Positions 37,746-46,513 of a stretch of 64,000 nucleotides of DNA are shown here, in pieces. The position numbers and the translations under genes are program-made. This DNA comes from an uncultured Candidatus Entotheonella sp. (lineage in GTDB: Bacteria > Tectomicrobia > Entotheonellia > Entotheonellales > Entotheonellaceae). Numbering within the stretch: position 1 is the stretch's first letter; each line of letters opens with the position of its first letter. The notes under the pieces are model-generated. The model was not told the origin of the DNA and ran no database searches. It was given only the letters and a program-made list of their open reading frames with translations. The DNA lies in the NCBI GenBank assembly GCA_965217185.1, contig OZ244252.1, forward strand, positions 3,744,001 to 3,808,000. The letters are read 5' to 3'.

Positions 37746-38837
37746 ATGTATGCGAGGACGTTTGAGTTGCTGGATCGACTTAGTAGTCGTGAGGAGCCTA
37801 TGCCGAACGGAGGAATACTGCAGAACCCGGCCGTGGAACACCCCCTTAACCAAATCCTCTACGGTCCACCGGGGACCGGGAAGACCTACCATACGGTTGC
37901 CAGCGCCTTGGCGATCATCGACGGTGTGAGCATGCGTGAGCGCAGGGAGGGCGATATAGAGAGGTTCCAAGAACTCCGGGACTCGGGACAGATCGCGATG
38001 GTGACGTTTCACCAGAGTTACGCCTACGAGGACTTCATCGAGGGCATCCGGCCGGTATTGGGCGATGACGCTGGCGGCGAACTCCGGTACGAGTTGTGTG
38101 ACGGTGTTTTCAAGAAGATTGTTGAGACGGCGCAAGCGAATTGGCCCAAACCGTGCGTCCTGATTATCGACGAGATCAACCGCGGCAACATCGCGAAGAT
38201 TTTCGGCGAGCTCATCACGTTGATTGAGGCCTCCCGGCGAGTTGACCGAGACGATGCTACCCAGGTCACGCTGCCTTACTCGAACGACTCCGAGCCGTTC
38301 GGTGTCCCGGACAACCTTTACCTGATCGGCACGATGAACACAGCGGATCGCTCGATTCAATTGCTGGACACGGCACTGCGCCGCCGCTTCACCTTTGTCG
38401 AGATGATGCCGGAACCGCAGCACCCGCTCATCTTCTCGGACGTGGAAGGCGTTGATTGTCAGAGGATGCTCGGAGTGATGAATAAGCGCATCACGGCATT
38501 GCTCGACCGGGAACATCAGATCGGGCATACCTATCTGATGAACGTCAACACGATGGAAGAATTATCAGACACCTTCCGAAATCGGATATTTCCGTTGTTG
38601 CAGGAGTATTTCTTTGACGATTGGTCGAAGATACGAGCCGTCCTGGGACACAACGACTCCTTTGTTCAAATGGAATCGCAACAGGAAACCGAGAGCCTCT
38701 TTGTGGGCCACGAACAAGTGGCGGATGAAGCTCGAGCGATATACAAGCGACTACCAGACAGTAACGAGATGTGGACCAAACCTGACCAATACCGTCGCAT
38801 CTACGAAACCCAGATCAGTAGGGTCGCCGATGCCTGA
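37746..38837 (+). CDS. mcrB: McrB-family AAA+ GTPase domain
   Basis: GPPGTGKT, VTFHQSYAYEDFIEG, IIDEINRGN, GTMNTADRSI, DTALRRRF, PLLQEYF. Confidence 0.93.
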   Translation: MYARTFELLDRLSSREEPMPNGGILQNPAVEHPLNQILYGPPGTGKTYHTVASALAIIDGVSMRERREGDIERFQELRDSGQIAMVTFHQSYAYEDFIEGIRPVLGDDAGGELRYELCDGVFKKIVETAQANWPKPCVLIIDEINRGNIAKIFGELITLIEASRRVDRDDATQVTLPYSNDSEPFGVPDNLYLIGTMNTADRSIQLLDTALRRRFTFVEMMPEPQHPLIFSDVEGVDCQRMLGVMNKRITALLDREHQIGHTYLMNVNTMEELSDTFRNRIFPLLQEYFFDDWSKIRAVLGHNDSFVQMESQQETESLFVGHEQVADEARAIYKRLPDSNEMWTKPDQYRRIYETQISRVADA

Positions 38838-40080
38838 CGTTTACACGATCCAGGAGTATGAATCCTTCGACAGAAGCAAGCTCCACCAAGCTGACTTCGA
38901 GGACCTCAAGGCCATTGCTAACACAAGCCCAGTGCTTCAGCGCAGGCCAAACGGCGACATCGCCGCAGCCAACTACGTGGGTGTCTTCACCACGAAGCGT
39001 GGCACGGTTTTGGAGATACTCCCCAAGATCGACCTTGAGGTGGACTGTTCAGGCTCGAAGACCACCAAGCGCGTCTTCCTGGAAATGTTGCGGAGTTGGA
39101 ACTGGCGTCGTCTCCGCGAGAAGAAATTTCCAGAGAGCAGCATACGCGCCCTGCGGCGGTTTTCTATGCTCGAAGTCTTTGTTCGCCAATTTCTTGACAA
39201 CCTGAACACGCTCACCCGCGGGGGTCTTGCCAAGCGTTATGTTCCGGTGGAGGAGAACCTACCATACCTGCGGGGACGGCTCCTCTTTCGGGATCATATC
39301 CGCGAGAACCTGACCAATCAGGCGCGCTTCTATGTTGCGCACGACGAGTTGAGCGTCAACCGGCCCGCCAACCGACTCATCCACAGTGCGCTGGCCCGGT
39401 TAGGGCCGCTAGCGAGAGAGACGGAAAACCGCCGGCTGCTGCGGTCGCTGCGCCAATTGATGGAGGTCGCCGACGTGCCGCAATCGGCCAATTTGCACGC
39501 TGACCGGCAACGGTATCATGTGGATCGTTCCATGCCGCACTATGGGTCGGTGATGCAGTGGGTGGAACTGTTCCTGTTCGGGCATGGGTTGGCGACCTAC
39601 TCCGGGCGCCACCGCAACTTGTCGTTGCTATTTCCTATGGAGCAGGTGTTCGAGGACTTCGTTACGCATAGTTTCCAGCGCCACCAGATGGGCTATCGTG
39701 TGGCTGTACAAGGTCCGCAAAAGTATTTGGCCAGAATCGATGGAAAAGACGCGTTCATGATGAAACCGGACATCTCGTTCCTGGAGAAGGGGAGTCGGAA
39801 GGAAGTTGTGTACATCCTCGATGCCAAGTGGAAACGCATCGACGCGTCGTCCGACGACTCGAAGCACGGCATCGACCAAGCCGATCTGTACCAGCTATAC
39901 GCCTACGCCAAGGGCTACGATTGCAACGCCGTGGCGCTCGTTTACCCGCGCTCGCAAAACTTCAGGACCAAACTGCAGTACCGACTCCTCGACGACGTAA
40001 CCCTCCTCTGCCTCCCATTCGACGTCGCGCATCCGCAGGAAAGCGTGCGGCACTCCATGGCGGCCCTCACGAGCGCCTGA
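38830..40080 (+). CDS. mcrC: McrC family restriction endonuclease subunit
   Basis: NYVG, LEILPKI, FPMEQVFEDFV, KPDI...ILDAKWK (PD-DxK), DLYQLYAY; overlaps the mcrB stop. Confidence 0.92.
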   Translation: MPDVYTIQEYESFDRSKLHQADFEDLKAIANTSPVLQRRPNGDIAAANYVGVFTTKRGTVLEILPKIDLEVDCSGSKTTKRVFLEMLRSWNWRRLREKKFPESSIRALRRFSMLEVFVRQFLDNLNTLTRGGLAKRYVPVEENLPYLRGRLLFRDHIRENLTNQARFYVAHDELSVNRPANRLIHSALARLGPLARETENRRLLRSLRQLMEVADVPQSANLHADRQRYHVDRSMPHYGSVMQWVELFLFGHGLATYSGRHRNLSLLFPMEQVFEDFVTHSFQRHQMGYRVAVQGPQKYLARIDGKDAFMMKPDISFLEKGSRKEVVYILDAKWKRIDASSDDSKHGIDQADLYQLYAYAKGYDCNAVALVYPRSQNFRTKLQYRLLDDVTLLCLPFDVAHPQESVRHSMAALTSA

Positions 40081-40133
40081 CCTCCCTCTGAAACCGCCCG
40101 CCCGCGCACCCACCTTCAGGTAGCAATTTCCCA

Positions 40134-40163
40134 TTGACACCGGCTTACAGGCTCACTTAACCT
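40134..40163 (+). promoter_or_regulatory. putative sigma70 promoter of the aor operon (TTGACA-N18-TAACCT)
   Basis: Perfect -35 box and plausible -10 box about 50 bp upstream of the aorA start. Confidence 0.4.
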
Positions 40164-40212
40164 GCCGCTGTCAAATGCCTCATCGCAGCAACACACACGA
40201 AGGAGAGTCCGC

Positions 40213-40734
40213 ATGCTAAGGGCGCTCAAGCTTGAACCGGAAAAATGCACTGGTTGCCTGCAGTGCGAAATGGCCTGTTCGTATGAGAACGAAGGGGTTT
40301 TCAACCCCGCCAAATCCCGCATTAAGGTCTTCACCTTCCATCAAGAAGGGCGCTTCGCCCCCTACACCTGCACGCAGTGCGAGGAAGCCTGGTGCCTGCA
40401 TTCCTGCCCCGTTGAGGCCATCGTCATCAACGCCGAAACGGGCGCCAAGGAAGTCCTGGACAACGTTTGCGTCGGCTGCAAGGTGTGCACCATCGCCTGC
40501 CCGTTCGGCACCGTGAACTACAACCACGATTCCGGCAAGGTGATGAAATGCGATCTGTGCGGCGGCGACCCGTGGTGCGCCAAGGCGTGCCCCACCGGCG
40601 CCATCACCTACGTGGATGTCGACAACACCGGTCTGGATCGCATGCGCGCCTGGGCGCAGCAGAGCCCGGCGGGACCGGCCACCCACGTCGAGCCGCGCCC
40701 CAAGGAAATCGCCACCTATAACCGTGCGCAGTAG
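40213..40734 (+). CDS. aorA: 4Fe-4S polyferredoxin subunit of aldehyde oxidoreductase
   Basis: CTGCLQCEMAC, CTQC..AWC..SCP, CVGCKVCTIACP, KCDLC...CAKACP. Confidence 0.85.
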   Translation: MLRALKLEPEKCTGCLQCEMACSYENEGVFNPAKSRIKVFTFHQEGRFAPYTCTQCEEAWCLHSCPVEAIVINAETGAKEVLDNVCVGCKVCTIACPFGTVNYNHDSGKVMKCDLCGGDPWCAKACPTGAITYVDVDNTGLDRMRAWAQQSPAGPATHVEPRPKEIATYNRAQ

Positions 40735-40753
40735 CCGCGAGAGGAGACCACCC

Positions 40754-42601
40754 ATGGCCTGGACTGGAAACGTATTACGAGTCGACCTCAGCTCCGGCAA
40801 GATCGCCTCCGAACCGCTCAACAGGGAATGGGCGCGCGATTACCTCGGTCAGCGCGGGCTTGCCACCAAGTACCTCTACGAAGAAATCGATCCCACCATT
40901 GACGCGCTTTCACCCGCCAACAAGCTGATCATGACCACCGGGCCGCTGACGGGCACCATGGCCTCCACCGGCGGGCGCTATTCCGTCGTCACCAAGAGCC
41001 CGCTGACGGGCGCCGTGGCGTGCTCCAATTCCGGCGGCTTCATCGGCGCCGAGATGAAAATGGCCGGTTGGGACATGATCATCTTCGAGGGCAAATCCCC
41101 GCAGCCGGTATATCTCTATGTGGAGAACGAGAACGCCGAGCTGCTGCCGGCGGACGACCTGTGGGGCGCCTCGGTGTGGGAGACGGACGAACGCCTGCAC
41201 GCCAAGCACCAGGACCCGCTCATCCGCGTCGCCTGCGTCGGGCGCGCCGCCGAACAGGGTTGCCTGTACGCCTCGGTGGTGAACGACCTGCACCGCGCCG
41301 CCGGACGCTCCGGGGTCGGCACGGTCATGGCGTCCAAGAACCTCAAGGCGCTCGTCTGCCGCGGCACCAAGGGCGTCGGCAACATCAAGGACCCCATGCG
41401 GTTCTTCCAGGCCACCGAGCAGGGTAAGAAAGTGCTGGCGGAAAACGCCGTCACCGGCCAGGGCCTGCCGAAGTTCGGCACCCAGGTGCTGATGAACGTC
41501 ATCAACGAAGTCGGCGCCATGCCCACCCGCAACATGCGCGAGGTGCAGTTCGAGGGCGCCCACAAGATTTCCGCCGAGGCCATGCACGAACCGCGCAGCG
41601 ACGGCACCCCGAACCTGCACACCAACGCCGCCTGCTTCGCCTGCACCATTGCTTGTGGGCGTATCTCGACGATCGAGAAGGGCCACTTCACGATCGAGAA
41701 CAAGCCCAAATACTGGGGCGCCTCCGGCGGCCTGGAGTACGAGGCGGCCTGGGCCCTGGGCAGCGACACCGGGGTGGATGACCTCGAAACCCTTACCTAC
41801 GTGAACTTCCTGTGCAACGAGGACGGCATTGATCCCATTTCCTTCGGGTCCACCGTTGCGGCTGCCATGGAGCTGTACGAGCGCGGCGTCATCAGCCAGG
41901 AAGACACCGGCGGCATCGACCTGCGTTTCGGCTCCGCCGAGGCCCTCGCCAAGGCGACCGAGTTGACCGCCCGCGGCGAAGGCTTCGGCAAGATTCTTGG
42001 GCTTGGCTCGCTGCGCCTGTGCGAGAAGTACGGCCATCCCGAGCTGTCGATGACGGTCAAGGGGCAGGAATTCCCGGCCTACGACCCGCGCGGCATCCAG
42101 GGCATGGGCCTGGCCTACGCCACCTCCAACCGCGGCGCCTGCCACTTGCGCGGCTACACCGTGGCGTCAGAAATCCTCGGCATTCCCGAGAAGACCGACC
42201 CGCTGGTCACGGAAGGCAAAGCGGAACTGGTCAAGGCCTTCCAGGACGCCACCGCGGCGGTGGATTCCTCCGGCCTGTGCGTCTTCACCACCTTCGCCTG
42301 GGGCATGGAGGACATCGCGCCGCAGGTGGACGCTGCCTGTGAGGGCGACTGGTCGGCGGAGAAGATGCTGGAGGTTGGCGAGCGCGTCTGGAACCTGGAG
42401 CGCGACTTCAACCTCAAAGCCGGCTTCACCCGCGCCGACGACACCCTGCCGCACCGCTTGCTGGAGGAGGGCGCCAACACCGGTCCGGCAGAGGGCAGAG
42501 TGAACGATCTCCAGCAGATGCTGCCGCGCTACTACGAAATTCGCGGCTGGACGGAGAACGGTGAACTGAGCGACGACACACGCCGCCGCTTGAGGGTCTG
42601 A
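40754..42601 (+). CDS. aorB: tungsten-type aldehyde ferredoxin oxidoreductase catalytic subunit
   Basis: LRVDLS, KSPLTG, RAAGRSGVGTVMASKNLKA, CFACTIAC, LEYE, YATSNRGACH, DSSGLCVF. Confidence 0.93.
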   Translation: MAWTGNVLRVDLSSGKIASEPLNREWARDYLGQRGLATKYLYEEIDPTIDALSPANKLIMTTGPLTGTMASTGGRYSVVTKSPLTGAVACSNSGGFIGAEMKMAGWDMIIFEGKSPQPVYLYVENENAELLPADDLWGASVWETDERLHAKHQDPLIRVACVGRAAEQGCLYASVVNDLHRAAGRSGVGTVMASKNLKALVCRGTKGVGNIKDPMRFFQATEQGKKVLAENAVTGQGLPKFGTQVLMNVINEVGAMPTRNMREVQFEGAHKISAEAMHEPRSDGTPNLHTNAACFACTIACGRISTIEKGHFTIENKPKYWGASGGLEYEAAWALGSDTGVDDLETLTYVNFLCNEDGIDPISFGSTVAAAMELYERGVISQEDTGGIDLRFGSAEALAKATELTARGEGFGKILGLGSLRLCEKYGHPELSMTVKGQEFPAYDPRGIQGMGLAYATSNRGACHLRGYTVASEILGIPEKTDPLVTEGKAELVKAFQDATAAVDSSGLCVFTTFAWGMEDIAPQVDAACEGDWSAEKMLEVGERVWNLERDFNLKAGFTRADDTLPHRLLEEGANTGPAEGRVNDLQQMLPRYYEIRGWTENGELSDDTRRRLRV

Positions 42602-42609
42602 TGACGGTC

Positions 42610-42640
42610 CGCCGCCCCGCGCACCGATAGCGGGGCGGCG
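42610..42640 (+). other. intra-operon hairpin between aorB and aorC
   Basis: CGCCGCCCCGC / GCGGGGCGGCG 11-bp stem with no U-tract. Confidence 0.5.
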
Positions 42641-42692
42641 CGTCGTTGATGCGGTCGGCAGGTCTGCCGTGCCGGGTTGGGAGGAATGTCAC

Positions 42693-43952
42693 ATGCATCA
42701 CATCATCATCGGCGCCGGACCCACCGGGGTCGTGGCCGCCGAAACGCTGCGCAAGCTGGACGCCAAATCCCGGATCACCATCATCGGGGACGAGCCCGAG
42801 GCGCCCTACTCGCGCATGGCCATCCCTTATCTCCTGATCGACCAGATCGACGCCTCGGGCACCCACCTGCGCAAGGGTGACGGGCACTATGCCGACCGCA
42901 ACATCGAGGTGCGGCAGGATCGCGTGACGCGGGTGCAGCCGGAGCGCAAGAGCCTCTCCCTGCAGAGCGGCGCCGAGGTGTCGTACGACAAGCTGCTGAT
43001 CGCCACGGGTTCGCGCCCGGTGTCGCCGCCGGTGCCCGGCATCGACGCCCCCGGCGTGCACGCCTGCTGGACGCTGCAGGACGCCCGCGACATCATGCAG
43101 CGTGCTCAGGCGGGCGCCAAGGTGGTGCTCATGGGCGCCGGATTCATCGGCAGCATCATTCTGGAAGCGCTGGCCGAACGCGGCACCGATCTAACGGTCG
43201 TTGAAATGGAGGATCGCATGGTGCCGCGCATGATGAACGCCGTGGCTGGCGGCCTCATCAAGGCGTGGTGCGAGAATAAGGGGGTGAAGGTGCTCACCTC
43301 CACGCAGGTCGAGGCCATCGAGTCCGGCCAGCCGTTGACGGTCAAGCTCAACAACGGCAACACGCTGGCCGCTGATTTGGTCATCGCGGCAACGGGTGTG
43401 CGGCCCAACATCGACTTCCTGGAAGGCTCCGGCATCCGCACCGATCACGGCGTGCTGGTGGATACGCATCTGGCGACCAGCGCCGCTGACGTGTACGCCG
43501 CCGGGGACGTGGCGCAGGGGCTGGATTTCTCAACCGGTCAGTACACGGTGCAGGCCATTCAGCCGACCGCTGCGGATCATGGTCGAATCGCCGCCAGCAA
43601 CATGGCCGGCCGCATGCAGACGCACCGCGGCAACCTGAACATGAACGTGCTGGACACCCTGGGGCTGATTTCCAGCTCCTTCGGCGCCTGGATGGGAGTG
43701 GAAGGCGGGGACTCGGCGGAACTTCTGGACGCCGGGCGCTTTCGCTACCTGAACTTGCAGTTTGAGGACGACCGTCTGGTGGGCGCCAGCAGTCTGGGCC
43801 TCACCGAGCACGTCGGCGTGATCAGAGGACTCATTCAAACGCGGGTGCGGCTGCGCGGGTGGAAGCAGAAGCTCATGCAGGACCCCACCCGGGTCATGGA
43901 GGCTTACCTGGCCAACACCCTGGCGATTGGACACAACGCAGGCGTTCTATGA
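42693..43952 (+). CDS. aorC: FAD/NAD-dependent oxidoreductase subunit
   Basis: IIGAGPTG, LLIATGS, MGAGFIG, VYAAGDVA. Confidence 0.85.
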   Translation: MHHIIIGAGPTGVVAAETLRKLDAKSRITIIGDEPEAPYSRMAIPYLLIDQIDASGTHLRKGDGHYADRNIEVRQDRVTRVQPERKSLSLQSGAEVSYDKLLIATGSRPVSPPVPGIDAPGVHACWTLQDARDIMQRAQAGAKVVLMGAGFIGSIILEALAERGTDLTVVEMEDRMVPRMMNAVAGGLIKAWCENKGVKVLTSTQVEAIESGQPLTVKLNNGNTLAADLVIAATGVRPNIDFLEGSGIRTDHGVLVDTHLATSAADVYAAGDVAQGLDFSTGQYTVQAIQPTAADHGRIAASNMAGRMQTHRGNLNMNVLDTLGLISSSFGAWMGVEGGDSAELLDAGRFRYLNLQFEDDRLVGASSLGLTEHVGVIRGLIQTRVRLRGWKQKLMQDPTRVMEAYLANTLAIGHNAGVL

Positions 43953-44200
43953 AGATTTCCCTGAAGTTGTACGCCTCGCTGCGTGACCTCCTGCCACCCG
44001 ATACCCCCTGGACCGGCGTGGTGATCGAGGTGCCGCTCGACATCACGCCGAACCAAGTCATTGATCAGTATCGCGTCCCCCGCGCCATGGCCCACCTGGT
44101 TTTGCACAACGGCGTCTATCTTACCCCCGGAGACCGCGACCGCGCCGTGCTGAACGACGGTGACGTGCTGGCCATCTGGCCGCCCATCGCGGGCGGATAG
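43949..44200 (+). CDS. MoaD/ThiS family sulfur carrier
   Basis: MKISLKLYASLRDLLP...LAIWPPIAGG with C-terminal GG; ATGA overlap. Confidence 0.9.
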   Translation: MKISLKLYASLRDLLPPDTPWTGVVIEVPLDITPNQVIDQYRVPRAMAHLVLHNGVYLTPGDRDRAVLNDGDVLAIWPPIAGG

Positions 44201-44204
44201 CCGC

Positions 44205-44504
44205 GTGCCAAGCCCTGTCGTCGTCCGCTTTTCCCGCGACATGGGCATCACCCACAGCGAGTTCTTCCGCACCCTGCCTGCCGCTCTGGCAGCATTACCC
44301 TACACCGTCCAGGGCCACGACGTGGTTATCAACGACGACACGCGGCGCCTGGTAATCACGCTGTCGCCCGAAAGCCGTCGCCGCCTCGGGGCGCTGTCCC
44401 TGCCCACGACCCAGGTTCACTTCACCTTCTCGGGCTATTCCCCGCAGGACATCGAGCAATTCATGGCTGGCTTTGACCGCGCCTTCCAGCGCGGGGGCGG
44501 TTAG
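44205..44504 (+). CDS. small conserved hypothetical protein (AorE-like)
   Basis: RDMGITHSEFFRTLP...FDRAFQRGGG; last gene of the aor cluster. Confidence 0.65.
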   Translation: MPSPVVVRFSRDMGITHSEFFRTLPAALAALPYTVQGHDVVINDDTRRLVITLSPESRRRLGALSLPTTQVHFTFSGYSPQDIEQFMAGFDRAFQRGGG

Positions 44505-44652
44505 GGGGTTCCGTTACCAGAGGCCTGAAATCCTTGCCGATTATGGGCTTATGCTGGCTCCAACCCGAGATTTTTCAGTTCCGGTGACCTGGCACCGGGA
44601 CCAATTCAACACGAGTCAGACTGTTCTGCAAGGATCTGGTGGTGGGCATTCC

Positions 44653-46026
44653 TTAGCCGGTAAGCTTCGTACTATCGGGTAGAATCTGTTTGCATTTGTT
44701 GTCGTTGAAGTTCCGCATCGTAACTTGTGTGGGCGCGAATGGCCGCCGAACGGACTCCGGTGCAATGCCACCTCGAATAGCACAGAGAACACCTGCCGCC
44801 TCCCAGTAGTTGTCAACCATGCGCAATTGATCGGACCGCCAAGGCAACTTGGTCAGATCATTCTCCATGAGATTCTTGTTTTCCCGCACAGCAATTACCG
44901 GCATGCCCTGTTCAAGCGCGGCGAGAGTTGGCAGCCCTACGCATCCGTCGGGAATCACCAGACACGAAATATCAGAAGCCGATAAGACCCCAGCATCGGA
45001 CATCTGGGAAGGGTCGGTAACAATACGCGGGCTTTTCTGAAGCCCCTTTAGGACGCTTTCAAAAAAAGTTAGGGAGATAGCTTCCGCTGCCATGCGAGGT
45101 TCGACTACACCTGGGTCCCGATTTGCTATGTCCTGAGCCTCGAACATCGGAGAGTGTGCCGAGGGCACGTTGAACTTGCTTGACACCGCATGGGTGAGCA
45201 TTGCTTCAACTCCCCCCCAAGGGTTGACCATCTTTCCCGCTGCATCGAAATATCCCTGGTGGAATTCCTTGGGAACTGAGATCACCGATGAGATCGCCAC
45301 CGCATCGTATTCGCCTTTCTGTTCTTCGAGCACTGTAAACACATGTTCAAGACCATCAATTTCGCCAGCAGCGGTACCGAAACCAGTGAACTCGGATTTC
45401 ATCATCACGGGTGGGTGAAGCTTAATCACCTGGGGGCAAACCAGACCGAAAGACGCACATGCGGCACTCACCGCATTGATGGCGGCATTCACGAACAACT
45501 CGTCTTCATGGGCGTCAATAATCACCATCACCCGGTTTGCTCGGGTCGGAGCCAAACCGATAGTCCCCATCAACAGTCGGGTGATCACGCTTCCTTCGAC
45601 ATACAGGGAGTTATGTGGCATTTCGTTGATGTCGGATGCGTTGACCACATTGGGATGCAATATCAATGTATCGCAGGCCTGGGCCAGCAGCCGCGCGGTC
45701 GGCGTCGCATCCCCCGCATGGCCACCAATTTCTGCACCGATACCAGTTGGTATTAGAAGTACGACATTAAAGTCGCGCGTATTTTCATAATTGCGCCGAG
45801 AAAAATCGAATATCGAAGTGTCGTCCGATAGACCGACGAGTTCAGACGTGGTTTCCAAACAACTGATTGCACAGCTAATACGGTCAGAATGTGAATCAGT
45901 AATGGCGAATCTTATCGGCTTGACACCTGACGGCAATCGAAATCGTATAGCATCCCGAATACGTGCAAGCGTATCTGACTTGTCGAGTATTAATGGCAGA
46001 TCAAGTTCCAGTTCTCTCAGAAACAA
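44653..46026 (-). CDS. DUF3326 family protein with N-terminal extension
   Basis: LIPTGIGAEIGGHAGDATP, LHPNVVNASD, LYVEG, NPWGGVEAMLTH, PRMAAE; TTG start with GAGGAGG RBS. Confidence 0.8.
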   Translation of the reverse strand: MFLRELELDLPLILDKSDTLARIRDAIRFRLPSGVKPIRFAITDSHSDRISCAISCLETTSELVGLSDDTSIFDFSRRNYENTRDFNVVLLIPTGIGAEIGGHAGDATPTARLLAQACDTLILHPNVVNASDINEMPHNSLYVEGSVITRLLMGTIGLAPTRANRVMVIIDAHEDELFVNAAINAVSAACASFGLVCPQVIKLHPPVMMKSEFTGFGTAAGEIDGLEHVFTVLEEQKGEYDAVAISSVISVPKEFHQGYFDAAGKMVNPWGGVEAMLTHAVSSKFNVPSAHSPMFEAQDIANRDPGVVEPRMAAEAISLTFFESVLKGLQKSPRIVTDPSQMSDAGVLSASDISCLVIPDGCVGLPTLAALEQGMPVIAVRENKNLMENDLTKLPWRSDQLRMVDNYWEAAGVLCAIRGGIAPESVRRPFAPTQVTMRNFNDNKCKQILPDSTKLTG

Positions 46027-46048
46027 ATTATCCTCCTCACTCTATCTA

Positions 46049-46504
46049 TCACAATGTGCGTTCCATAAAAGTTTTCTTGTGGGATACTGCCTGAAACCGT
46101 TCGCTCGTAAAATCCGCCGCCATATCCGGATCAAATGGTTTGCAGGAAAAGATGTTCACGAACACAGTTCCCAAAATATCCAGAGTGTGAATGACTATCG
46201 TACTCGTCAAGATGAAACAGACGGCTGATGTACCTTTGGTATGCGGCAGGGTCTGCTGCTCCTCTTCGGGAACATCTACGTCGTCCCAGAAGTGCACTTC
46301 GCATTTTTGCATGTCGATCAGTTGGCAAAGATCAGTAAAAAACCTATCGATGTGATCTCGGTTAAACAACTCGGCTTCACACCCGTGAAGGTCAAGAACA
46401 AGTTCAAAACCATACACGTGGCCATTGGTAGCGTCATTGGCGTTCCTTACAAAACCCTTATCTCGAACATTTGAAGCTGAATGTTTCATTGAGCTACTCT
46501 TCAT
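46049..46504 (-). CDS. S-adenosylmethionine decarboxylase-like (pyruvoyl) proenzyme, atypical
   Basis: YGFELVLDLHGC, GTSAVCFILTSTIVIHT, VNIFSCKPFD align with SpeD motifs. Confidence 0.8.
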   Translation of the reverse strand: MKSSSMKHSASNVRDKGFVRNANDATNGHVYGFELVLDLHGCEAELFNRDHIDRFFTDLCQLIDMQKCEVHFWDDVDVPEEEQQTLPHTKGTSAVCFILTSTIVIHTLDILGTVFVNIFSCKPFDPDMAADFTSERFQAVSHKKTFMERTL

Positions 46505-46513
46505 CTTATCTGT

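Noticed and set aside
44533..44559. Weak dif-like string CTTGCCGATTA-TGGGC-TTATGCTGGCT at the edge of the AT-rich island
   Set aside because: 5-bp spacer and many mismatches in both arms; no partner site seen at the other end of the island.
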